From a virus (lineage: Duplodnaviria > Caudoviricetes): 41,854 bases of DNA. Position 1 is the stretch's first letter; every line of letters begins with the position of its first letter. The notes under the pieces are model-generated. The model made no database searches, had not been told where the DNA came from, and saw nothing but the letters and a program-made list of their open reading frames with translations. The stretch lies in the IMG/VR virus record IMGVR_UViG_3300035135_000663, positions 1-41,854 of that record; one strand, 5' to 3'. Shown piece after piece: positions 18,899 to 26,706 of this stretch. The position numbers were made by a program, and so were the translations under genes.

Positions 18899-21552
18899 CC
18901 ACCGTAAACGTCACCACACAGAAAAACACTGTCGCAGTGACTGCAGCAGGTGCGACAACGGTTGTTGAGACACCAAAGACGACAACAGTTGAACTGACAA
19001 CTGGAACGCGGGGCGCAACTGGTGCAGCAGGCGCAGATGGAAGTGACGGTGCCGCCGCAACTATTTCTGTTGGTACGGTTTCAACTGGTGCAGCGGGTTC
19101 AAGCGCAACTGTGACAAACAGCGGCACAAGTAGTGCTGCGGTTTTTGACTTTGCGATTCCCCGTGGTGATACCGGCGCCACTGGAGCCACAGGCGCTACT
19201 GGCCAAGCGGGCAATGACGGTAGTGATGGTGCTGCGGCAACCATTGCTGTTGGCACCGTGTCTACGGGTGCGGCAGGTTCTAACGCCACGGTTACAAACA
19301 GCGGTACTTCGGCAGCAGCTGTTTTTGACTTTGAAATTCCTCGTGGAGCGACAGGTTTAGCGGGTGCTGACGGAAGTGATGGAACAAATGGAAGTGATGG
19401 CGCTGCCGCCACAATCTCTGTTGGCACAGTAAGTACCGGTGCTGCTGGATCAAGCGCGACTGTTATTAACAGCGGAACATCTGCTGCTGCTGTTTTCGAT
19501 TTTTCAATTCCTCGCGGTGATACCGGCGCCACCGGCGCCACCGGGGCAGCGGGGGCAGATGGTAGTAATGGGGTTGACGGCAGCGACGGTGCCGCAGCAA
19601 CCATTTCTGTCGGAACAGTAAGCACTGGTGCTGCTGGTTCTAGCGCCACTGTTACTAATAGCGGCACTTCAAGCGCAGCTGTTTTTGACTTTTCAATTCC
19701 CCGCGGTGCCACCGGAGCTACGGGCGCTGCAGGTGCTGATGGAAGCGATGGCGCTGCAGCGACTATTTCTATTGGAACGGTAACAACAGGCGCCGAGGGA
19801 TCTAGTGCAACAGTGACTAACAGCGGTACATCTGCCGCTGCTGTGCTTGATTTTTCTATTCCTGTTGGTGCAACGGGTGCAGCAGGCGCCGACGGCGGTG
19901 GCACGGTAACCAGCGTTGATGTTGCTGGTGGTACTGGCCTTTCGTCAACTGGTGGCCCAGTTACATCTAACGGAACAATTACTGTCAATCTTGACGATAC
20001 GGCTGTAACGGCTGGTAGTTATACGGCTGCAGATATTACGGTTGATGCGCAAGGTCGAATCACTGCTGCTGCAAACGGTTCTGGCGGTGGTGCGTCTGCC
20101 ATTGATGATTTATCAGATGCAACTACTAATAGCTCAGGACAAACTATTGGTATAGGCACTGGCGCTCTGGCTAATGATGATGGCACAACCAATAGAAATA
20201 CCGCGGTCGGCTATCAAGCCGCTAATACTCTCACCACGGCTTCTTCTAATTCGGCTTTTGGCTGGCAATCTTTATATAGTGCAAACTCTCACCTCAACGC
20301 TGCTTTTGGTGTTTATTCTTTAAAGAGCGCAACCACTGGTCAACGGAATACCGGCCTTGGAACTTATGCTGGTTACCAAACCACTACAGGCAGTTATAAT
20401 ACTTATGTCGGGTATATTGCTGGAGGTAGCAATACTACAGGTTCAAACAATACGTGCATTGGAAATGCCGCATACCCAAGTAGCAGTACGGTTTCAAATG
20501 AAATTACCCTAGGAAACTCAAGCGTTACAAGTTTCCGCATCCCTGGCTTGCAAAGTGGCGCGACTAATGGGCAAGTTCTTACATATAACTCCACCAATGG
20601 AAATCTTGAGCTTGCAGACGTTGGTGGTGGTGCAATCAATAGTCTGAGTGATGCCAGAACAAACAGTAACAGTCTTGGTTTAGGTTCAAACGCTTTAGGT
20701 ACGGGCAGTGGCAATAACAACACTGCTGTAGGTGTAAACGCTTTAGATGCTTTAACTAGTGGTACTACCAATACTGCTATGGGCGTTAATGCTTTAGGCA
20801 GCCTTACGACTGGTAAGAAAAACGTGGCGATTGGATACCAAGCCTGCAATGGTTTAACGATCGGAGAGTACAACGTTGCCATAGGCCAAGAAGCTATGTT
20901 TGCCAGTGGAACTGACCCCGACGATACTGTTTCTATTGGCTATAGATCTTTATTCCAGGTTACTGGAGATGACAATACATGTGTTGGTTTTTTTAGCGGA
21001 TATTCGGCCACTACTGGCGCTCAAAACAGTTGTTTAGGACATTTTGCTGGATATTGGCTCACTACAGGAACCCAAAATACTTTTATAGGTCGTAACTCTG
21101 GCGGTAGTCTTACTACAGGTTCAAATAACACTGCCATTGGCAATCAAGCTACACCAAGCAGCTCTTCAGTCTCAAATGAAATTACCTTAGGCAGCTCAAG
21201 TGTAACCGCTTTGCGTTGCGCTGTTCAAACAATTAGCAGCTTGTCTGACGGACGTGACAAGACGAATGTAGAAGAACTGCCAGAAGGCTTGGCATTTATC
21301 GATAGCTTGAAGCCTGTCAAATTTCAGTGGCAAACCCGTGAGGGCATCGAAAAGGATGGAACGTATGAAGCAGGTTTTATCGCGCAAGACCTGCAGTCTG
21401 CACAGCAAGCTGCTGACGCTGACTACTTAGGTCTGGTGATGGATGAAAATCCTGATCGCCTGGAGGCTTCGTATGGAAAGCTTGTGCCGATGCTTGTCAA
21501 AGCAATTCAAGAGCTAAAATCCGAAGTGGAACAACTCAAGGGCAATGTCTGA
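18895..21552 (+). CDS. Long tail fibre with collagen-like repeats and C-terminal intramolecular chaperone (peptidase S74)
   Basis: 885 aa; GXY runs, NTAVG-type beta-solenoid repeats, SDGRDK..., LKPVKF, GFIAQD, LVKAIQEL. Confidence 0.9.
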   Translation: MTTVNVTTQKNTVAVTAAGATTVVETPKTTTVELTTGTRGATGAAGADGSDGAAATISVGTVSTGAAGSSATVTNSGTSSAAVFDFAIPRGDTGATGATGATGQAGNDGSDGAAATIAVGTVSTGAAGSNATVTNSGTSAAAVFDFEIPRGATGLAGADGSDGTNGSDGAAATISVGTVSTGAAGSSATVINSGTSAAAVFDFSIPRGDTGATGATGAAGADGSNGVDGSDGAAATISVGTVSTGAAGSSATVTNSGTSSAAVFDFSIPRGATGATGAAGADGSDGAAATISIGTVTTGAEGSSATVTNSGTSAAAVLDFSIPVGATGAAGADGGGTVTSVDVAGGTGLSSTGGPVTSNGTITVNLDDTAVTAGSYTAADITVDAQGRITAAANGSGGGASAIDDLSDATTNSSGQTIGIGTGALANDDGTTNRNTAVGYQAANTLTTASSNSAFGWQSLYSANSHLNAAFGVYSLKSATTGQRNTGLGTYAGYQTTTGSYNTYVGYIAGGSNTTGSNNTCIGNAAYPSSSTVSNEITLGNSSVTSFRIPGLQSGATNGQVLTYNSTNGNLELADVGGGAINSLSDARTNSNSLGLGSNALGTGSGNNNTAVGVNALDALTSGTTNTAMGVNALGSLTTGKKNVAIGYQACNGLTIGEYNVAIGQEAMFASGTDPDDTVSIGYRSLFQVTGDDNTCVGFFSGYSATTGAQNSCLGHFAGYWLTTGTQNTFIGRNSGGSLTTGSNNTAIGNQATPSSSSVSNEITLGSSSVTALRCAVQTISSLSDGRDKTNVEELPEGLAFIDSLKPVKFQWQTREGIEKDGTYEAGFIAQDLQSAQQAADADYLGLVMDENPDRLEASYGKLVPMLVKAIQELKSEVEQLKGNV
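19006..19890 (+). repeat. Five tandem 162-189-nt coding repeats
   Basis: Unit (GXY)n-AAATISVGTVSTGAAGSSATVTNSGTS.AAVFDF.IPRG; AAATI starts near 19051, 19231, 19402, 19591, 19753. Confidence 0.9.
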
Positions 21553-21766
21553 CACTCCGACAGCAGAAGAGATTGCGCAGCACTATTCCGCTGCGATGGA
21601 CAGCGTGAATCTGATCAATGATCTGATAGCGCAAGACAGCCGCACCGATGAAGAGCAAGACACGGTGGATCGAAATGTCGATCACCTGCAGATCATGGTT
21701 GCCAAGGACTTTTGGACGACTGAGGATCTGACTCCTCTGAACAACGCAATCACCGCTGGTTCTTGA
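21545..21766 (+). CDS. Small acidic fibre-associated protein
   Basis: 73 aa, overlaps fibre stop; HYSAAMDSV..I, RNVDHL motif. Confidence 0.7.
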   Translation: MSDTPTAEEIAQHYSAAMDSVNLINDLIAQDSRTDEEQDTVDRNVDHLQIMVAKDFWTTEDLTPLNNAITAGS

Positions 21767-21957
21767 TGCAACGCCCTGACCCGATGATCGCCGCTAAGCC
21801 TGGAGCGGAAGATGTGCAGGCTATGGCGGCTAGGACGCTGTGGCTTGAAGAGCTGTACTTCCTTGATGGCCGCGACCAAATCAGCCACCCTCAGCGTGGC
21901 CTGTTTACTGGACTGGCTCTCAAATATCAGAACCTGCAATCAACTGACGGCATCTGA
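21763..21957 (+). CDS. Hypothetical protein
   Basis: 64 aa, coupled to previous stop; LY.LDGR...HP..G..TGL. Confidence 0.7.
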   Translation: MMQRPDPMIAAKPGAEDVQAMAARTLWLEELYFLDGRDQISHPQRGLFTGLALKYQNLQSTDGI

Positions 21958-22074
21958 TGAGGCTGCCTGGCATCTCTAACGCTGACTTTTACAAGTCGCC
22001 CTTGAGGTTTTTGAGGTTAATGGCAGCAGCGACTTGCCTAACGGTGTTCATGCTGCTGGAAAAACGGAGGACAC

Positions 22075-22200
22075 ATGGCCAAGTCACTTAACGGACAAAA
22101 CTTTGTTCCTAGTCGGCCCAAAAAGACTTGTCAAGGCAATGGATCACATTCTAAACCGTCACATGGACGGAAGAAGTATCGTGGCCAAGGAAAACGTTAA
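22075..22200 (+). CDS. 41-aa basic peptide (not in ORF track)
   Basis: GGAGG at 22066-22070; MAKSLNGQNFVPSRPKKTCQGNGSHSKPSHGRKKYRGQGKR*. Confidence 0.8.
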   Translation: MAKSLNGQNFVPSRPKKTCQGNGSHSKPSHGRKKYRGQGKR

Positions 22201-22211
22201 TCCTCTTTCCA

Positions 22212-22571
22212 ATGTTCAAACTTCTCATTGCGAGTGGTGTCGCCGTTTCAGCAGCTGTGCTGGCATCTCCTGCTCAAGCCGAAGGTTTTTACCTGAACCC
22301 TGAGTTCAACGCAGGCTGGTCTGGTTCAGACTTCACTGGATCTGTTTTTGAAGGTCACGTGGGCTACGAAAAGGATGGTCTTTACATCCAAGGTGGTCCT
22401 GCTATTGCTCAACCTGATGGCGGCGATGCTGAACTGGGCTTCTCCGGCAAGATGGGTATTGGAGCGGATGTCTCTGAATCCTTTGGTGTTTACGGCGAAG
22501 TTTCTGTCGCCAAGTTCGATGATGTGGACGCTGGCTACGGCCTGAAGGTTGGCGCAAAGTACGCTTTCTGA
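22212..22571 (+). CDS. Small outer-membrane beta-barrel protein
   Basis: Sec signal ending AQA, alternating beta strands, C-terminal GAKYAF (terminal Phe). Confidence 0.85.
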   Translation: MFKLLIASGVAVSAAVLASPAQAEGFYLNPEFNAGWSGSDFTGSVFEGHVGYEKDGLYIQGGPAIAQPDGGDAELGFSGKMGIGADVSESFGVYGEVSVAKFDDVDAGYGLKVGAKYAF

Positions 22572-22599
22572 GCTAGAACAAGTCTGCAGAGACGCATAC

Positions 22600-22638
22600 G
22601 CCCCTTCCTGGTTACACAGCAGGAGGGGGTTTTTCTTT
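22600..22638 (+). terminator. Intrinsic terminator after OMP gene
   Basis: GCCCCTTCCTG-9nt-CAGGAGGGGGT then TTTTCTTT. Confidence 0.8.
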
Positions 22639-22648
22639 GACACCCATC

Positions 22649-22879
22649 ATGCAAAAAGTTTTCAACGCAATGACCGTCGCATCCTTCGTGATGTCTGGAG
22701 CGCTGGTTGGTGGAACGGTGGTGCTTTACACGCGCATTCCGTCAATGGTTGAGAACTACGTCAGCAAGGTGAAGTCAACGCTGACGGAATCAATCTTGAA
22801 GCAAGTGCCCGTCCCAGAGATTCCTGAGATGCCAAAGCTGCCAACGCAGACAGGTCCTGCAATCAGGTCACCATTTTAG
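22649..22879 (+). CDS. Single-TM protein with Pro-rich tail
   Basis: MQKVFNAMTVASFVMSGALVGGTVVLY...VPVPEIPEMPKLPTQTGP. Confidence 0.75.
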   Translation: MQKVFNAMTVASFVMSGALVGGTVVLYTRIPSMVENYVSKVKSTLTESILKQVPVPEIPEMPKLPTQTGPAIRSPF

Positions 22880-23180
22880 TGTTGGCTGTTGGGTCGTCGT
22901 CATGAGCTTCAGGTCCAAAGCCTTCAGCCTTGATTTGCGCCATGTCTAGCTCTGGAGCGGGAGCTGCTGGTTTCTCGTCAAACGAAGCAAACCACTCTCG
23001 CAAGGCATCACCAGTTGGAGTGGATTTAGGCCATTTAATCCAACGCAAGATGGCTTTTGGATCGGTAAACAATCTGGCAGTTTTGCCTGACATTACGGTG
23101 TAGACGACAGGCGGACCTTCACGTCTGCGGTTACGTTCAATCCAAAGCTCTTTGCCTGCTGAAAACCGTTCTGACTTCAT
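22863..23180 (-). CDS. Hypothetical protein
   Basis: MKSERFSAG...; fills the gap exactly, tail-to-tail overlap; start at 23180 chosen to avoid overlapping the + gene. Confidence 0.6.
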   Translation of the reverse strand: MKSERFSAGKELWIERNRRREGPPVVYTVMSGKTARLFTDPKAILRWIKWPKSTPTGDALREWFASFDEKPAAPAPELDMAQIKAEGFGPEAHDDDPTANTKMVT

Positions 23181-23706
23181 GGAAGAAATTCGTGAGATAG
23201 ACGTGCCAGAGATCAACGTGGTGGTCAATCTGCCAGAAGTTGCAATACCAGCAGCACCACCAGTGACGCTGCAGATTGGTGTGCCGGTGATTGACTTGCC
23301 AGCGTTTGACCCATTGGATTTTGAGCCTGAGGTTCAAGCGCCAGCGCCTGTCACACCAAAGCCTAAAGCTGCTGATCCGCCAGCTGTAAAGCCGCCAAAG
23401 CTGCCAGTCAAGCTCCCCGAACAAGAGCAACCAGCAGCACCAGTGTTACCAATAACGTCAGAGCAAGAGCCAAAATCATTGCCTCAACAGGTCATTGAAG
23501 CGTTGCCCACGATTCCGCAGGCAACAACAGTTGCGGCATCATCAGTGATTGGTGTCACAGCTGGCTTGTGTACGCCATTTTTGCTGAAGTTAATTCGACC
23601 GATCATCAAAAAGGCCGCTCAGAAATTGCAGAAAGCTTTGGGCCGCCAACCAGTTCCAGAAGGAGTTAGTGCCCGACGTGCTCTTCAGAGGTCGTTGAGG
23701 GGATGA
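23179..23706 (+). CDS. Pro-rich protein with C-terminal hydrophobic segment
   Basis: MEEIREIDVPEI, PPVTLQIGVPVID, long Pro tract, ATTVAASSVIGVTAGLCTPFLLKLI then basic tail. Confidence 0.75.
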   Translation: MEEIREIDVPEINVVVNLPEVAIPAAPPVTLQIGVPVIDLPAFDPLDFEPEVQAPAPVTPKPKAADPPAVKPPKLPVKLPEQEQPAAPVLPITSEQEPKSLPQQVIEALPTIPQATTVAASSVIGVTAGLCTPFLLKLIRPIIKKAAQKLQKALGRQPVPEGVSARRALQRSLRG

Positions 23707-24463
23707 GATGCGTGTGGGGCGTTGGCGAATAAACGAGGACATCAGCGCAAACCTTTGCATAAGGTGATGACGGTTTAAATCTAATCCCCTCTTTCATGAG
23801 ATTTCCGCAAGTCTTTTTACGGGCAAGCTCAAAATCCAAGCGAAGGTTGGCAAGCTTTTGTTGCTGTATGGCCAGTTGAGTATCAGCTGCTGCTTTACAT
23901 CGCTCCTGTAAGCCGCCGTCCAGCGGGATTGTCGCTTGGATCGACATGCCGACATTCCAGTTGTAGTTGTCCTTTTGACCTGTCCTTGTGTCTTTGAAAA
24001 AGAGGACATCGCCTGGATTGTCCAATCGTCCGTCTTCATCCAGGTCACTCAAGTCATAAACAGGGTCTGGGAATGAAGACTCAAAGGGCCGACCGAATGA
24101 TTTTGCATTGTTCATGTATGGAGTAATGGTCAGCGTTGGGCCTTGGCATTGAATACCACCTCCGTAGGTATTTGAGATTGCATTGCCCTGCAGGACTTGC
24201 ACAGCCTGGTTTGACACCGATCCAGACGAAGTTGCTGTTGGAGCGGCAGTTGCAGAGACACCGCCAACGCCTTGAGCGTTGACTGGAGCGGCAAGAATTA
24301 TTGGGAGAAGGTAGAGACTGTGTCTGTAACGCTTTCGATTTCGGTGACACGTTGAATCGTTGTCACGCTTGAAAGCCCTGGCCCAGAGAAGGTTTCGACG
24401 AATTGAAACGCCTCGCCTTGATTGACAATTGACCAGTTTGGTCGCTCTTCTAAAGAGGTCCAT
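23666..24463 (-). CDS. Predicted exported protein (start uncertain)
   Basis: Signal-like LYLLPIILAAPVNA followed by GVGGVSATAAP..SSGSVSNQAVQ, CQGPT, C-terminal helices with Cys. Confidence 0.75.
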   Translation of the reverse strand: MDLFRRATKLVNCQSRRGVSIRRNLLWARAFKRDNDSTCHRNRKRYRHSLYLLPIILAAPVNAQGVGGVSATAAPTATSSGSVSNQAVQVLQGNAISNTYGGGIQCQGPTLTITPYMNNAKSFGRPFESSFPDPVYDLSDLDEDGRLDNPGDVLFFKDTRTGQKDNYNWNVGMSIQATIPLDGGLQERCKAAADTQLAIQQQKLANLRLDFELARKKTCGNLMKEGIRFKPSSPYAKVCADVLVYSPTPHTHLIPSTTSEEHVGH

Positions 24464-24690
24464 CCGTTGATCGTGCTGCTGGCGGCAGGGTTGATTGGAG
24501 CGTCAGGCATGACGTTGACGCCATTGACGCTGTATTCAAAGCCAGTGTCAAAGTTTTCACTGACGATTGTCTCGGTGACTTTAGAGGTGGTCTCTGTTCG
24601 AGACGTAAGCGTCCCGTTTGTGAAGTTAGGGACAACAGGAATAGCTTCTGCTGCTGGAGCGCAAAACAGCAGAAGCAAAAGCCAACGCAT
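24298..24690 (-). CDS. Predicted exported beta-rich protein
   Basis: Signal MRWLLLLLFCAPAAEA; IPVVPNFT.G, FQFVETFSGPGLS. Confidence 0.85.
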   Translation of the reverse strand: MRWLLLLLFCAPAAEAIPVVPNFTNGTLTSRTETTSKVTETIVSENFDTGFEYSVNGVNVMPDAPINPAASSTINGWTSLEERPNWSIVNQGEAFQFVETFSGPGLSSVTTIQRVTEIESVTDTVSTFSQ

Positions 24691-25181
24691 CAGTCAACGG
24701 TGATTGAGGTGACGATTTGTCCAATCGCAGTTGTTCCTGCGCCACCAGCGGTAATTGTCATTGCGCCATCAGTTGCAATCGTGCCAGCCAGGTTGGAAGC
24801 AACGCCACCAGAAGTTGTTGTGGTGTCTCCCAACATCGGCAAGCTTGGAACGACACCACTGGTCACCGTCGTTGCACTCGGTGTGGCATCACCTTCGATG
24901 TAGGACTCGGTGTAGCTGAAAGCGTCTCCCGCTGTTGTAACGCTGTACTGACCTGGCGTATAGCCGACAGCAGAACCAGCAGTGAGACTACCCAGAACAG
25001 GAGCAGAATCGAGGCTGACATTAGAACCACTGACAGCAAGCGTGCTGCCAATTCTTGAAGCCTGTGATGCTGCTCCATCAACACTTAGCTGGATAGAGGA
25101 CTGAATCTTGTGAGTGATGTCAGCTTGAGCGGGCAAGGCTGCTGCAAAAGTGATGCCCAATACCAGAAGTGCGCGGGTCAT
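24690..25181 (-). CDS. Predicted exported Ser/Thr/Gly-rich protein
   Basis: Signal ending AQA; DITHKIQSSIQLSVD, AGDAFSYTESY, AGGAGTTAIGQ. Confidence 0.85.
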   Translation of the reverse strand: MTRALLVLGITFAAALPAQADITHKIQSSIQLSVDGAASQASRIGSTLAVSGSNVSLDSAPVLGSLTAGSAVGYTPGQYSVTTAGDAFSYTESYIEGDATPSATTVTSGVVPSLPMLGDTTTTSGGVASNLAGTIATDGAMTITAGGAGTTAIGQIVTSITVD

Positions 25182-25444
25182 TTGATGCCAGCTTTGGTGT
25201 CTTTATTGTCGATGATAGTGGGCTTCTTATTCCCATTTCCATTGCCCTTGCGTTCAATTCCAAATGAAGCCATTGCTCCAGTAAGAAGCGATGCAACAAA
25301 GGTGTTGTCCATTTTCATCTGAGGGAAGATCCCTAGATAGGAAACGGTCAGCAGTGTGGCGCTCCAGAACAGCACAGCGCACTTGACGACATCAGCAACG
25401 CTGACGCCTTCCTTTTCATGGTTGTCATCCATCGGTTCTGCCAT
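25178..25444 (-). CDS. Two-TM membrane protein
   Basis: VLFWSATLLTVSY and DNTFVASLLTGAMASFGI hydrophobic segments; coupled to 25181. Confidence 0.8.
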   Translation of the reverse strand: MAEPMDDNHEKEGVSVADVVKCAVLFWSATLLTVSYLGIFPQMKMDNTFVASLLTGAMASFGIERKGNGNGNKKPTIIDNKDTKAGIK

Positions 25445-25470
25445 GATGCAGCAAGGGTTTGGAGCGGTTC

Positions 25471-25722
25471 ATGGTTGAAGTGTGGGCCGCCGTTGCTGGT
25501 GCGTCAATCACAGTTGCAGGTTTAGGAGTTTCAGGCGTCAACCGTCAGACGCGCCAAGGTCAAGACTCATTGATCCGCTTGACCGCTGCTGTGGACAATT
25601 TGTCTGGCAGGCTCGACATCTTGCATCAGGACATCAAGAGCAAAGAGGTTGAAGTCTTTGGGCGACTAAGCGAGCTGGAGCGAGCAGTGGCGCGACTGGA
25701 AGGTCATAGTGATCGGCACTAA
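25471..25722 (+). CDS. N-terminal hydrophobic plus coiled-coil protein (possible lysis accessory)
   Basis: MVEVWAAVAGASITVAGLGV, then RLSELERAVARLEG; GGAG upstream. Confidence 0.7.
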   Translation: MVEVWAAVAGASITVAGLGVSGVNRQTRQGQDSLIRLTAAVDNLSGRLDILHQDIKSKEVEVFGRLSELERAVARLEGHSDRH

Positions 25723-25749
25723 CGTATAAGTGCAATTCAAAGCAGTCCA

Positions 25750-25923
25750 ATGCTTTTAATTCTCAAACCAATTTTGATGACCGCCTGGAAATCAAGAGCG
25801 TTTAAGGAGTTGATTGTGGCGATGCTGGAGAAGATTGTCGCAAGAACCGACAACGATTTGGACGATTTGGCGGTGAAGCACGTCCGTCAAATGCTGTTGC
25901 CTGACACAAGAGTTGAAAAGTGA
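25750..25923 (+). CDS. 57-aa amphipathic protein, possibly holin-related (not in ORF track)
   Basis: MLLILKPILMTAWKSRAFKELIVAMLEKIVARTDNDLDDLAVKHVRQMLLPDTRVEK*, directly before lysin. Confidence 0.75.
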   Translation: MLLILKPILMTAWKSRAFKELIVAMLEKIVARTDNDLDDLAVKHVRQMLLPDTRVEK

Positions 25924-25926
25924 GGC

Positions 25927-26673
25927 ATGTCGGGCATCATCCAAATGATCCTGCTGCTGCTGGTCATGGGTCTTGCCCTGCTGCCGTTTTTCCAGTTTTT
26001 TCGTGGCACGCCCCACCAGTTGGCTGCAATTAAACAACTTGAGGAGTCAATGCCAGCGGAACTACTGGAGGAGCACGAGGCTGATTGGTTTCAGGCGTGG
26101 AAGGAGAGTGGATATGACCAGCAAGTCTTCATGCCTTATTTCAAGCAGCTCGACAATGAGACTGGAACGGGATACCGCGAGTGCTTCAGTTCAGCGGCTG
26201 CGATGGTGGCAGCGTTTTACAAGAAGGTTCGTACGGATGATGAGTACAACAAAGTACGTGCGAAATACGGAGACACCACTTCAGTAGAGGCTCAGCTAGC
26301 AGCGTTGCGGAGTTTGGGTCTGCAGGCTGAGTTTCGGAAGGATGGTGACGCTGACATGGTGGAGCTAGAGATCGAAAACGGCAGACCAGTACTGGTTGGC
26401 TGGTTGCACGCTGGAAACATGCTTCGTGGCGAACCACCAATGTGCAATGGCCTGGGTTGTGGTCATTGGAGCGTTATCAGCGGTTACGCGGGCAAGAACA
26501 GCAACGATCCAGAGTGGATCATGCAAGACCCTCGTGGCTACCCCGAAATGGAAAAGGGTGGCCACAGCAATCCGCATTTGGGACGTAACGTCCGTGTGAG
26601 GCAGGCAGCGTTTTACCAGCGTTGGCAGGCGGAAGGCCCTGGAACTGGTTGGGTGATTTTGGTGAACGAGTGA
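25927..26673 (+). CDS. C39-like cysteine peptidase, probable endolysin
   Basis: YFKQLDN..YRECFSS (Q..C), GRPVLVG, GHWSV (H), QDP (D); hydrophobic N-terminus. Confidence 0.8.
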   Translation: MSGIIQMILLLLVMGLALLPFFQFFRGTPHQLAAIKQLEESMPAELLEEHEADWFQAWKESGYDQQVFMPYFKQLDNETGTGYRECFSSAAAMVAAFYKKVRTDDEYNKVRAKYGDTTSVEAQLAALRSLGLQAEFRKDGDADMVELEIENGRPVLVGWLHAGNMLRGEPPMCNGLGCGHWSVISGYAGKNSNDPEWIMQDPRGYPEMEKGGHSNPHLGRNVRVRQAAFYQRWQAEGPGTGWVILVNE

Positions 26674-26706
26674 GTTCTCAGTAGGATTGATTTTTGCGTC
26701 CCAGGG

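Noticed and set aside
18873-19988. 371-aa - strand ORF
   Set aside because: Antisense shadow of the Gly/Ala/Thr repeat fibre; the repetitive codons avoid stops on the opposite strand
14770-21552. Diversity-generating retroelement or invertible fibre switch
   Set aside because: No reverse transcriptase or recombinase gene; no near-identical TR/VR pair or flanking inverted repeats seen
21989-22051. - strand micro-ORF MNTVRQVAAAINLKNLKGDL resembling the TnpB AAINL end
   Set aside because: Only 20 aa, lacks the catalytic DRD and any IS remnants; likely chance
23666-25444. Curli (csg) operon, or an invertible segment
   Set aside because: No recognisable CsgA repeats or CsgG lipoprotein motif; no bounding inverted repeats or invertase seen
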